From: Hormiphora californensis
Taxonomy: Eukaryota > Animalia > Ctenophora
Reading direction: 5' to 3'
DNA length: 64,000 nucleotides
Assembly (NCBI GenBank): GCA_020137815.1
Contig: CM035358.1
Location: 8,060,001-8,124,000, forward strand
Position numbers and translations under genes: made by a program. The notes beneath the pieces were generated by a model. The model had not been told where the DNA came from. It made no database searches and was given only the letters and a program-made list of their open reading frames with translations. Below, one piece after another: positions 27,378-39,040 of this stretch (position 1 is the stretch's first letter; each line of letters opens with the position of its first letter).

Positions 27378-28091
27378 TTTATCACTCAACAGTTTTTGAA
27401 TTTTTGCTTTATATACCAGGGTAGGGGGACAATGCTTGGTAATGGCACATCAGAAAAAAACATAAATATACCTAAATTATAATGCTAAAGATAACAGAAA
27501 TTAGTTGGCTAAAAAGGTAAAACGCCCCCCCCCCCCTGGTGAACCATTTTGTTTTGAAACTGACATCTTTGCCCCGCCTTGTTCGACCCTCTCTCCACAT
27601 ACCCAAATAAAATGGGTTTGAACAAGAATAAGCTCCGCCAGGGGCATCAGCGATGAGATAAATAAAGGAGAGAGATAGAATGACGCATTTTTACAGATCC
27701 GTGTTAAAATTGTATACAGTCGGACCCCAACTTGTGTCACATATCTATAAAACACTGGACCTTTATACCTTTATAAATCTTCATAATATTTTATAATACA
27801 TTTTCAATTTGGTGTTCTACTGTTCTTTGATGGACAGATCGAGACTACAGAGACTACGGCAAAGTTAAATTAATTTCGTCCCGTGCTCCAAAGTCAACTA
27901 GGTATATCCTTGGTATATCCTTGGTAATGAAATTACCCCTCCGCTATATATACAATATAATAACAGGGGTGACTTCGTAACCAAGTAATATCCTATTACG
28001 GTCCGGTTATAGTTTGGATCCTGACACCAGGTTCCCCGTTCCAAATGGGAGAGTCCTGATGAACCACGCTGCGCTTTATATGTTTATCTCT

Positions 28092-28316
28092 CAGTGGTCA
28101 TCCGACATAATTGCCACATCTCGACGTGAACTTCGACGTGGAATTCGACGAGAAATAGCAGGTGTTTGTAGTTATGAACGCCTGCTGTGCGCGGCACATT
28201 GGTACGTGCGGCATGGGCAGCAGGCGTTCATAACTACAAACGCCTGCTATTCCTCGTCGAATTCCACGTCGAAGTTCACGTCGAGATGTGGCAATTTAAA
28301 TGTCGGATGACCACTG
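28092..28316. mobile_element. Palindromic MITE
   Basis: CAGTGGTCATCCGACA...TGTCGGATGACCACTG, ~95-bp arms, flanking TCT duplication. Confidence 0.8.
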
Positions 28317-28724
28317 TCTGTGATTATTATTTAAATTATTAAAATTCTACTCTCATTTTTTTACGCTACTCCTATTTTAAGGGTTCTTATGGCTTCAGGC
28401 TGAAATCACCCTGTAACCAATTAGGCCCAATTAAGTCAAGTTCTCCATCGCCGATTTTGCAACAAACTCAGGGGGTGTTTCTAGGGACCCTATACAGTAC
28501 CCTAGAACCGGGGGCACGCATTTATTTAGAAGAGAGGGTCAAACAATTTATGCAAATGGACAATTCTGTAGATATAGAATCGTTCATTTGCATTTGTTAA
28601 GTTAAGAGAAAGACACCTCTCAGTCCGTTTCAGCTGCCAAGATTTGCCTTGTTCGACCCTCCCTGTCCATGCTCCTTGTATCAATTTGCTACATAATTTT
28701 AATAACAGTGTACTATGTAGGAAA

Positions 28725-31700
28725 ATGTCTCCTATCATAATTGGACTCGTGCTCTTTTCAACAGTCACCCAGAGTCGCCCTGAATCGGTGAATCTTACCA
28801 CCACAGCTGTTGGATCCCTCCGGTTTCAGGGGACCGAGAATCCCATCACTCCAGTTATTGACAGTTTAGTACGCACCTCGGTGAGCTCTTTGCAAAGAGA
28901 ACGTACTACCCGAGATGCTGATGATGAAGACGGAGAACTTTGTCCCATCATTGATGATAATGGGTTCCTAGCCCGCATTTGTAAGAAGGGGCGAAATTGG
29001 GACGACGGTGTCTTTCAATGTATCACCTCACCCGATGTGACCTATACAAAATGGACTGAATATGTCGGTAGAACACGTACGTATACAATCAATTTTTCTA
29101 CACGCTGCCCAAATGATACCGCTATGTATCAAGCGTGCGGGAAGTTGACTGTAACACATTTTCTTGGCGTGGGTTTTGTCAAAATGTTTGATCAGCCGCC
29201 CGCTTGTGGGTTTGTCTGTCGAGATGGCTTTAAAAGTTCCTTTGTTCGTGAGGATAAACACGCGTGTAGCGATGAAAAGTTGGGCACAATGCTACATCCG
29301 CTCACTCTACAAAATGGAAGTGTCGTTAAAGTCACCTTAAAATCTGGAGGCGTTTGTGATGGGATATGTGATGATATCTGGATAGGCAGTAAACTCACAC
29401 CGATGCCCAAATTGGCGTGCGTCGAAGAGAGGGATTGCGGCGGCGGAATCGTCTACGGATCCATTTCTAACGATCTGGTCTTCATGCCCTTCCAAGGGAT
29501 GCCAGAAGAAGAAACCCCTCCTCCTTGGAACCCAGATGCACCACTTTGCCGAGCAACATCGTTTAGTTTTTCGTATGGTGGCGCTAGCAACAACTTCCCC
29601 TTGTATAACGGTTCAAGGTGCTTCATAACGATTAAAGGTCGAAATGACGATGCCTTCTCTGTTCGGAGATCGGCCTACTGTTTGAATGTGGGAATGGACC
29701 AAACTAACTGCACCGATCCAGCCAAGGTTGGGGGTAGCTGTCTGGTGAGCGGTTATCCCAGCACAATTTCCATCTATGTGATCTGTAGTGACAATACGTC
29801 TCCACAGTTGTGTGATGATGGGATAGAGTTGAAGTGTGTCTGGATTGGTCGACACTGTTACATTCACAAGCATAGGCTTTGTGATGGCACAGAGGATTGT
29901 GCAGGTGGTATGGATGAGGCTAAGATATGGTGTGGACCTGGAAAACTCACAAGCCACACTTGTCAGAGACGGTTTGGGAAGTTTTCTCAAGTTCCGGTGG
30001 ATTGGATCCAAGATGGAGTTATTGATTGTGAGAGCGGCGTCGATGAGAAAAGTGATTGGGAAAAGTGCGGCAATGGCACCACTCTGAGGATAAAAGTGGA
30101 TACGGCACCATGCTCTAATGTGTTTTTGTGTCATGGCAAAAACTTAGAGTTCCTAGAAACTTCCACCATGTGTTCTTCGATCCAGACGTGCGACGAAGGG
30201 GCCTGTCAGAGCGCAAGACGAACGGTCAATGTGCGGAAAGCCCTTTTCCGATCTTCAACCGCTAAATCATTTGGAAATGAGTTTCTGGTTGTAAATGTAT
30301 GCAACAAAGGTCTTTCGTCGGTGCTTTTCCATATGAAGGAGAATTGTTCACTCCGAAAATTTAACAACTCATTTCATGACTTTTTCGGTAAAAACCTCAC
30401 GACCGCCCTTGTGACAACCCATCGGAAGCATGACTGTAGATTCCTCTATGGTGAGGCATATGTCTTTCACAGTTGTACTGGACAGTGTACAAATGCCGCA
30501 TGCCCTTTGACCAGACCGGTACTACATAATTCCTGTCACAATCTCCGCATTGGGGCTTACTCACTTAACACGAGGTTGAGTGTTGTGACATCAGTTTTCC
30601 GACAAAAAACAGCATTTCATAACAACGTGTTCGTGTGCAAAAACAGGAAATGCATTCTCTTTGAGAGGGTGTGTGATCTGGTCGATGACTGCGGGGATAG
30701 GTCAGATGAGGATGCCGGGTGTGCCAACAACTTCCAATGCACTGATAATTCCTCGTTTTTACCTCTGAGCCAGAAATGCGATGGGAAAACTGATTGTAAG
30801 GACTTTTCTGATGAGTGCAATAGTAGCTGCAGCAGAAAGGCAGTTGAGAATCGTGTTACGGTAGTAATAGCATCAGTCATGGGAGTCTTGGGACTTTTGA
30901 TAGGACTTACAGCATTCCTGAGGACATCTCTCCAAAAACTCCCGGACAAAAGTGGAGCCTTTGTGAACCACATTTTTGTGCTTACAATCTCCTTCGGAGA
31001 TCTTTTCACGCCCTGCTATCTTCTCGCCTTAACAACCATGCATTTCGTGAAGGATTCTGATTTTTGTGTTCGGCGATTGGAGTGGATTAGTGGGAGGTCT
31101 TGCAACTTCATTGGTGTACTCAGCACCATCGGCGCAACAGTTTCCTCCTTAGCCATGGCGTGTATAAGTGTGTACCGGCTTTATGGAACAAGAAGAGCTC
31201 TCCATTACAGACGGTCGGGCGAAGTATCGAAGAATCTCCGACTCAAAGTCACTCTATGCCTAGTTTTCATTATGGTTATTGCTCTCGCATTTGCACTAGT
31301 GCCTCTATCGGAGGCTTTGGAAGATTGGTTTGTCAATGGACTTGTATTTCCTAAGAATATAGCGCTTTTCCTTGGCACGGTGGATAAGTCTCGGTTTTTG
31401 CAGATTTTCTATGGCTACTACGGGGTAAGGTACTCTGAACGTTCCCGACGGAAGACCGACATTTCTTGGGCAACAATTCAGGGAATGGTTGCGGAAATGT
31501 TCTCCGCGGACTATGGGACTGTTTCTGGTAAAAAGGTCTCATTCTACGGTAACGATCCAGTTTGTATGTTCAAGTTTTTTGTCCTCTCCGATGATCCCCA
31601 AGTTATCTTTGTTTGGTTCTACATCAGCCTTCACTTTCTCTGCTTTGTGGCGGTAGCGGTGTGTCATATCCTAATTGTGGTACTGTCAAACAGGAGCAGA

Positions 31701-32207
31701 GTCCCTGGGCAGCACCGGGCCAAAAGTAGCAAACTCGGCCGCAAAGTTACTTTGGTGTGTGTAACAGACTTTTGTTGCTGGCTGCCCTTTCTGACTTGTT
31801 GCGCCCTCCACACGGCTGAGGTTGTCGATATGTCACCTTGGTACCAGATATTCTCCCTCAACATCCTTCCCATCAACTCTGTACTAAATCCACTTTTGTA
31901 CAGTGATATACTAAATAAAGTGTTTGATGTACTGAGACCTGCCACGGAAAGAATGGTACAATTTGTCACATCGACCTTGTTTCCTGACAAACCAGCCGAG
32001 CCAACTGATGAAACCATGCCAGCGAAAAAGACAAAAGGGCAATGTAAAGCCACCAATAACACATTGAATCGTATTGAGATGAAATTCCATAGCTGTAGTG
32101 CCATCATACCAGCTAGAGATAACATCCAAGAAACTGCCTTTAATTCAGATATCACGACTACTGCACGGTATGATCAGATTTCACGGAGAAGGAATTCAAT
32201 TTACTAA
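28725..32207 (+). CDS. Intronless GRL101/RXFP-like rhodopsin-class GPCR with Cys-rich, LDL-receptor class A ectodomain
   Basis: Signal-like MSPIIIGLVLFSTV; LDLa motifs CDGTEDCAGGMDE, CDLVDDCGDRSDE, CDGKTDCKDFSDE; 7 hydrophobic helices with TDFCCWLP and LPINSVLNPLLY. Confidence 0.9.
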   Translation: MSPIIIGLVLFSTVTQSRPESVNLTTTAVGSLRFQGTENPITPVIDSLVRTSVSSLQRERTTRDADDEDGELCPIIDDNGFLARICKKGRNWDDGVFQCITSPDVTYTKWTEYVGRTRTYTINFSTRCPNDTAMYQACGKLTVTHFLGVGFVKMFDQPPACGFVCRDGFKSSFVREDKHACSDEKLGTMLHPLTLQNGSVVKVTLKSGGVCDGICDDIWIGSKLTPMPKLACVEERDCGGGIVYGSISNDLVFMPFQGMPEEETPPPWNPDAPLCRATSFSFSYGGASNNFPLYNGSRCFITIKGRNDDAFSVRRSAYCLNVGMDQTNCTDPAKVGGSCLVSGYPSTISIYVICSDNTSPQLCDDGIELKCVWIGRHCYIHKHRLCDGTEDCAGGMDEAKIWCGPGKLTSHTCQRRFGKFSQVPVDWIQDGVIDCESGVDEKSDWEKCGNGTTLRIKVDTAPCSNVFLCHGKNLEFLETSTMCSSIQTCDEGACQSARRTVNVRKALFRSSTAKSFGNEFLVVNVCNKGLSSVLFHMKENCSLRKFNNSFHDFFGKNLTTALVTTHRKHDCRFLYGEAYVFHSCTGQCTNAACPLTRPVLHNSCHNLRIGAYSLNTRLSVVTSVFRQKTAFHNNVFVCKNRKCILFERVCDLVDDCGDRSDEDAGCANNFQCTDNSSFLPLSQKCDGKTDCKDFSDECNSSCSRKAVENRVTVVIASVMGVLGLLIGLTAFLRTSLQKLPDKSGAFVNHIFVLTISFGDLFTPCYLLALTTMHFVKDSDFCVRRLEWISGRSCNFIGVLSTIGATVSSLAMACISVYRLYGTRRALHYRRSGEVSKNLRLKVTLCLVFIMVIALAFALVPLSEALEDWFVNGLVFPKNIALFLGTVDKSRFLQIFYGYYGVRYSERSRRKTDISWATIQGMVAEMFSADYGTVSGKKVSFYGNDPVCMFKFFVLSDDPQVIFVWFYISLHFLCFVAVAVCHILIVVLSNRSRVPGQHRAKSSKLGRKVTLVCVTDFCCWLPFLTCCALHTAEVVDMSPWYQIFSLNILPINSVLNPLLYSDILNKVFDVLRPATERMVQFVTSTLFPDKPAEPTDETMPAKKTKGQCKATNNTLNRIEMKFHSCSAIIPARDNIQETAFNSDITTTARYDQISRRRNSIY

Positions 32208-32325
32208 AATTATTCTTAATCTGAGGAAGTATTTGAGAGCTTGTTTTTGATCTTTAATTTCGATTTGGAATGATCGGAATCATCATGTGGGCGAAACATT
32301 TAGCTTTTTGTCTAAAATAATAATT

Positions 32326-34512
32326 TTCAATTAATATGTCGTGATTACTGTTTAATAGCCCAAACTGGTCATTCCGAAAAATCAGATACAAACACATTAA
32401 TGTGCTGCACTGTATATGAGTTACTCCAACCCTCCAGTTTCAATGCTTGTTTAACGAAGGAAGTAACCAAGCGATCCACTGGATTCGATATATCTAGGCG
32501 CATATCATATTGCCACAGTACTGATGTATTAGCACTATCTTTATATCGGATATCTCGAACAGCAACAATCCTTGTATTTAAACAGGGTTCTTGCTTTCTA
32601 ACCAGTTAGGCGTATTAAACAGGGCACATGTTATCTGCAGCGCTCACATATCATGATAATGAACTACATTAGCCGTAGTATTATGCACTATGCTGCAGGG
32701 ACATCACACACACACACATCACCCACACACATGATATTGATCAAGCCTGAACAACAGGTTATTGAATCAATCGACCGTTCAACGGTACGAGGTGCCATCA
32801 CTGATTTCGTGCAGTTGATCCGAGGATCACGAATTCAATTAATATGTCGTGATTACTGTTTAATAGCCCAAACTGGTCATTCCGAAAAATCAGATACAAA
32901 CACATTAATGTGCTGCACTGTATATGAGTTACTCCAACCCTCCAGTTTCAATGCTTGTTTAACGAAGGAAGTAACCAAGCGATCCACTGGATTCGATATA
33001 TCTAGGCGCATATCATATTGCCACAGTACTGATGTATTAGCACTATCTTTATATCGGATATCTCGAACAGCAACAATCCTTGTATTTAAACAGGGTTCTT
33101 GCTTTCTAACCAGTTAGGCGTATTAAACAGGGCACATGTTATCTGCAGCGCTCACATATCATGATAATGAACTACATTAGCCGTAGTATTATGCACTATG
33201 CTGCAGGGACATCACACACACACATCACCCACACACATGATATTGATCAAGCCTGAACAACAGGTTATTGAATCAATCGACCGTTCAACGGTACGAGGTG
33301 CCATCACTGATTTCGTGCAGTTGATCCGAGGATCACGAATTCAATTAATATGTCGTGATTACTGTTTAATAGCCCAAACTGGTCATTCCGAAAAATCAGA
33401 TACAAACACATTAATGTGCTGCACTGTATATGAGTTACTCCAACCCTCCAGTTTCAATGCTTGTTTAACGAAGGAAGTAACCAAGCGATCCACTGGATTC
33501 GATATATCTAGGCGCATATCATATTGCCACAGTACTGATGTATTAGCACTATCTTTATATCGGATATCTCGAACAGCAACAATCCTTGTATTTAAACAGG
33601 GTTCTTGCTTTTTTGTTTAAATACAAGGATTGTTGCTGTTCGAGATATCCGATATAAAGATAGTGCTAATACATCAGTACTGTGGCAATATGATATGCGC
33701 CTAGATATATCGAAACTGGAGGGTTGGAGTAACTCATATACAGTGCAGCACATTAATGTGTTTGTATCTGATTTTTCGGAATGACCAGTTTGGGCTATTA
33801 AACAGTAATCACGACATATTAATTGAATTCGTGATCCTCGGATCAACTGCACGAAATCAGTGATGGCACCTCGTACCGTTGAACGGTCGATTGATTCAAT
33901 AACCTGTTGTTCAGGCTTGATCAATATCATGTGTGTGGGTGATGTGTGTGTGTGATGTCCCTGCAGCATAGTGCATAATACTACGGCTAATGTAGTTCAT
34001 TATCATGATATGTGAGCGCTGCAGATAACATGTGCCCTGTTTAATACGCCTAACTGGTTAGAAAGCAAGAACCCTGTTTAAATACAAGGATTGTTGCTGT
34101 CGAGATATCCGATATAAAGATAGTGCTAATACATCAGTACTGTGGCAATATGATATGCGCCTAGATATATCGAATCCAGTGGATCGCTTGGTTACTTCCT
34201 TCGTTAAACAAGCATTGAAACTGGAGGGTTGGAGTAAACTCATATACAGTGCAGCACATTAATGTGTTTGTATCTGATTTTTCGGAATGACCAGTTTGGG
34301 CTATTAAACAGTAATCACGACATATTAATTGAATTCGTGATCCTCGGATCAACTGCACGAAATCAGTGATGGCACCTCGTACCGTTGAACGGTCGATTGA
34401 TTCAATAACCTGTTGTTCAGGCTTGATCAATATCATGTGTGTGGGTGATGTGTGTGTGTGATGTCCCTGCAGCATAGTGCATAATACTACGGCTAATGTA
34501 GTTCATTATCAT
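32326..34512. mobile_element. Tandem plus fold-back array of a 506-508-bp unit flanked by a 13-bp TSD
   Basis: ~2.5 forward units to ~33611, then ~1.9 inverted units. ATAATAATTTTCA at 32317-32329 and 34511-34523. Confidence 0.85.
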
Positions 34513-34959
34513 AATAATTTTCATCTAGCATCTGTTTATTTTAAAGAGTTCATCAAATGTAAAGCTGTAATTATGTTAGCGCTTTCTTTCCCAAATTACA
34601 TGGTGTTTTTATAGTTTTTAACAATTGGTGGCCCATAGATTAATCGCCGTACCTCCAATAAATGAGCCGTACCTCCAATAAATTCCCAACCCTCCTACCT
34701 CATAGAACCAAAGAAATACAATCACTCATGATGTACCTGATCACTATCACTCACAACTAGCGGTGCTGGTATCACTAAGTGCGTAGGGTCCCCTACTACA
34801 ACTTGGCAATCATTTGTAACATACACACACAACAGACACAACAAGCTTTGAATCACAGTGTGATAGAGATCGGTATTTTGCTGTGTACATACTTTGCTCT
34901 CAATTCTCTCATCATTTCCTCTTTAGTTTGTGCTTTCGTGCTGTTAGTGTATCCCTGTC

Positions 34960-35120
34960 TGTTTCTCTCTCTCTCTCTCTCGCATCTCTCCAGCTCTCGC
35001 TCTGCAGCTCTGCCTCTCTCTCTCTCTCTCTCTCTCTCGTCGCTCGCTCTCCTCTCTCTCTCTCTCTCTCTCTCGTCTCTACTGCTCTCTCTCTCTCTCC
35101 CCCCTCTATCTCACTCTCTC
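34960..35120. repeat. Degenerate (CT)n
   Basis: Direct inspection. Confidence 0.85.
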
Positions 35121-35495
35121 TTGCCTGTTGACTTTGCGTTTACAAATTAGAGGTTTGAAACTTGTAGCGCTAACAGTATCTGTACAACAAGTATATCAAT
35201 AACCACATAACATAAAGTCACTTGTTACTTGACTTGTTCAGGCAGTCTCTCGGAGAGACATCGTTCTAAGACCACACGATGGTATGGCTTAGAACAATGT
35301 AGTACAATGTAATGAGTTGCATATATAATGAGTTGTATAGTCGCAGTCTCCACTTTCCGACGAATCGCAAGTCACCTTTTAGTGTGATGTTTGTGTAATA
35401 ACTGTTGCCTTACTGCCCCTTAATGTACCATAACAAAATTAATGTATTACACAACTGTAGGACGTGGAATGTGAAGGATAAAACCCCTGAAAACC

Positions 35496-36093
35496 ATGGA
35501 CCCAGTGAACCAAGCAATGGACGTAGGATCTGGTCCGAGCAGCGAACACCCAAACTGTGAAGATTACATTGGAACAGCAGCTGATGAGTCTTCAGGGTAC
35601 CAGGAAAGCGATCCAGGGTTTCAGAAAGTAAATGAAGCATTGGAGCTTGCTGATAAGATCGAGAAGAGTTTTGATAAGTTGGCGGATATTTTGGAGGGAG
35701 TAGTTGAGTTGGATTATACGGTTAAAAGCAAGCAACTTGACAGCCCACAATTCAAGTAAATCAAAGGAGGGGGGTTGGGGGGGGTGGGCTAGTGGGAGGG
35801 AGTAAGGGGTAGTGGGAGGGGGCTGAGGGGTTAGTGGGAGGGAGGTGCTGGGGTGAACCCAATTATAAACAGAACCATCTGGCCATGAACACATGGTTTT
35901 ATTCAGAACTCTGAATCTCAAAAAATATTCCTCTTTTCTCTCTGTAGGAGGGTGGATGAGCAACTGACTCAGTACATGCTAGAACTGGATACTGTTGAAT
36001 CACATGGTGTAGATAAGTGAGGCAATACCGCAAAGACATCGTGTTAAAGTATACGATAATATTGTAGAACGCCTATACTGCAATCCGCGATTA
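35496..36093 (+). CDS. BAG-domain co-chaperone (exons 35496-35755 and 35948-~36093), with apparent 1-bp indels
   Basis: RVDEQLTQYMLELDTVESHGVDK/VRQYRKDIV fits BAG helices 2-3 after correcting a frameshift. Confidence 0.55.
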
Positions 36094-36119
36094 ATGTAGT
36101 CTTTCAAACACTGCTAATT

Positions 36120-39040
36120 TAATTTTAGTTTAGAGATAATATCACGCGCCCCGGCATAATTGTTAGGCACATAGGTGTATGTACTGTATTGGGATCTATG
36201 CTACAGATCCGAGACAACGGGTATCCCCCACTCCAGCCTTACACGCCCCAACCAGACAAACCACTATCCAGACGATAATGGGAGGAATCAAGGACATTAT
36301 ATTGAGCGGGACCCTTTTTAGATATGTTTTCTGTATCAAAATCCCTTTGAATTGATAATTTATGTTTTTATCCAGAATATTACTTTTTCTGTTGTAAATG
36401 TAATTTCTAATACAGACGCGAGTTTTTAATAGCGTATAGTATGCTTACAAGGATCCTTCAGGATACATAAGAGTAGTCAACCAGACTGCATTTCAAGATA
36501 ACAAGGCTATAATTTCATAGTTGAACTGATACATAACTGTTTCCCTGCTCGAAGTCGACCCTGTTTCAGAAAATAACAATAACATTATCTATAATTGATG
36601 GTGAACTGTCTCGTTTCAGGAAGATGAGTCACTCGGTTTCACAAGGTACATGAAGAAGTTTGATAAGGAAAAGAACCACATGCCGCGTCTTCGGAGACGA
36701 GGTACATCATGCGTCACCTTGTTTATTAGTATACTCTTAGTCTTTTTATACTCTTTCCTCTTTCCCTTTTTTGAATTCAAACGACCACAATGGACGGTAA
36801 TAATCTGTGAAGGTGGATATAGAATAGACGTCAGTCCATGTTTTCCAGAGGTCAATATTGGCCCAGGAGGCTGACTGGGACCGAGAGTTAGCTGATAATG
36901 AAACAGTTGGCTACAGAAATTATATGAAGAAAGTGGTGAAACAAGACGGATAGATACAGAAAGGGTCACCACGTTCGGGCAGCCAAGTTGCGATCAAATG
37001 CGACTTGTGGCGCCAAATATTTGACAAAAATTTGGTCGCATATGGCCGACATTTGGGCGCGCAAATAGGGCGACGCTTTGCGGGCCAAAGGGCGACTAAC
37101 ATTTGAGCAAACAAACCTGAGTTTGCGCGCATCATGTCGCATTTGGCGCTATAATTGGCGACATTTGCGCCAAATGGCGACGTTTCGGCGGGCAATTGGC
37201 GACAAATGGCGTATTGGGCGACGGGTTTGGCGCCTAATGCGACAAACATTTGACAAAAATTGGCGCCCTATTGCGACGTTTGGCGCAATGCGACGTTTCG
37301 GCGGGCCAAGTTGTCGACAAATTGCGCCATATTGGGCGACTTTTGGCGACAACATTTGACAAAATTTGGCGCTTATGGCGATATTTGGCGCCAATCGCCT
37401 TATATGGCGACAATCGTTTACAACATTTTGTGCGCCATATGGCGCAAATGCAGAAACGGCTGCGGCTGATTTTGTCGATGCAAATTGCGCCAGTTGTCGG
37501 TTCCACGTGGCGGGCTGAAACGGGAGTGGTACTCCTTTGAAAACGGCAATGAATTTTATTGATACATCGGCTAATGTCGACTAATTGCGATGTTTGGGGC
37601 TGATGAGTGATCGCCTTAAGTGGCGGCCAAATGGCGCCATATGGCTAAAAATGTCGGTCGCCGATGGCGCGATTTGGCGCCACTTTGGTGACGATGCGGG
37701 CCAACCTAGCGGCATTTTGCGACGAACGGCGCCAGATATTGCCATAAGCGGCGCCATTTGGGCGACTTGATCTCCTGATCTTTAACTGGCGCGCAATGGT
37801 CGCCATTTGCGATAGCAATTTTGCGCTATAAGTTTTTTTTCAGAAAGACGTTGTACGCTATCGCCACGTGGCGATAACCCGCCGAAGGTCTCCATATTTG
37901 GGCGAATGGGCGCATGCCACTGGCGCCACGTGCCGCCAATTTGGTCGCCAGAATGGCGCTATTTGCGATGAGTGGTCACACTCGTCCACATTTTTGCGCA
38001 AATGGTGCCATTTATTCGGCAACGCTGGCAGCCAATTTTGGCGAATTTGTGGCGCCATTTGGCGCGTCAACTGCTCAATCTTCATACTAAGCCGGGGTCG
38101 GGCATACATCGGCCTTAACTTGCTACGATCCTCTTCTTTCAAATGATTGTCCTATCTTGTTTTAAAAATTTTAGTTTTGAGAGAGATATAATATCACGCC
38201 CAATTCCATATTATTCTAATTAATATTCAGGCCCAAGGTGTAGTAATGTTTTGGCACACCTCGCGAGACACGGGTATCCCCTCCGCCACTGCAGCTTACA
38301 TCGCCTCGAGCCAGACTACCATTCTATCCAGACGATTATAATGGGAGGAATCACGGAGGCTTATATTGAGCGGGCCCCTTTTTAGATCTGTTTTCTGTCC
38401 AAAATCCCTTTGAATTGATAATTTATGTTTTTAATCCGGATATTCACTATTTCTGTGTAAATGTATTTCTAACGATCAAGTTTTCATAGGATTATAGATG
38501 TTCCTACTAAGGTGCCTTCATAGGAAAAGCATAGGCTAGTAAGTCAACCAACCAACTAATATAAAGATAACAAGGCTATAATTTCATAGTTGAACCGATA
38601 CATTTAACTGATATGAATTGTCTGGCCGCGCAGAGTCCCCGATTCTTATTCTGCAGACAGTTGGCGCTCTGAATGGGGGGGCTTCAGTACAGTAGACTTG
38701 TGGTGAACTATTCTGCGTTTTCAGGAGTATGAGTCACTTACTCGTTTCACATCAAGTACAAGATGCAGAAGTTTGATAAGGAAAAGAACCACATGGCCCG
38801 TCTCGAGAGACAGGTAGATCACGTTACTTGTTTATTATTATACTCTTAATACTCTTTCCCTTTTGAACAACACATAATGACGGTCATGTCTAATCTGATG
38901 AAGGGGAATGACTCAGCTCCTTTCCTTCAGAGGTCAATATTGGCCCAGGAGGCAGACTGGGACCGAGAGTTAGCTGATAATGAAACAGTTGGCTACAGAA
39001 ACTATATGAAGAAAGTGGTGAAACAGGACGGAATAAAAAG
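36120..39040 (+). repeat. Direct duplication: ~36120-36960 repeated, noisier, at ~38170-39040; contains exon-like pieces
   Basis: Shared gaagtttgataaggaaaagaaccacatg and gaggtcaatattggcccaggagg...ctacagaaa blocks. Confidence 0.75.
36970..38070. repeat. GC-rich TTGGCG/CGCCAA short-motif array, probably a DNA transposon interior
   Basis: Dense motif repetition in both orientations. Confidence 0.6.

Noticed and set aside
27044-27424. NKQT / FVCL ORFs
   Set aside because: (AAAC)n microsatellite translations; only the SF3B1 piece is meaningful.
33740-33905. HDV-like ribozyme in the 507-bp unit (P1 gtgcagc/actgcac, L3 tcctcgg, P4 aatcagt/attgatt)
   Set aside because: No P2 partner strand and no GG for P1.1. 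A twister-like ggagggttgg also lacks the rest of that fold.
35581-35610. CTGATGA...GAAA hammerhead-like core
   Set aside because: No stem II pairing, and it lies within a coding exon.
36920-38146. Many overlapping ORFs
   Set aside because: Produced by a stop-poor GC-rich repeat.
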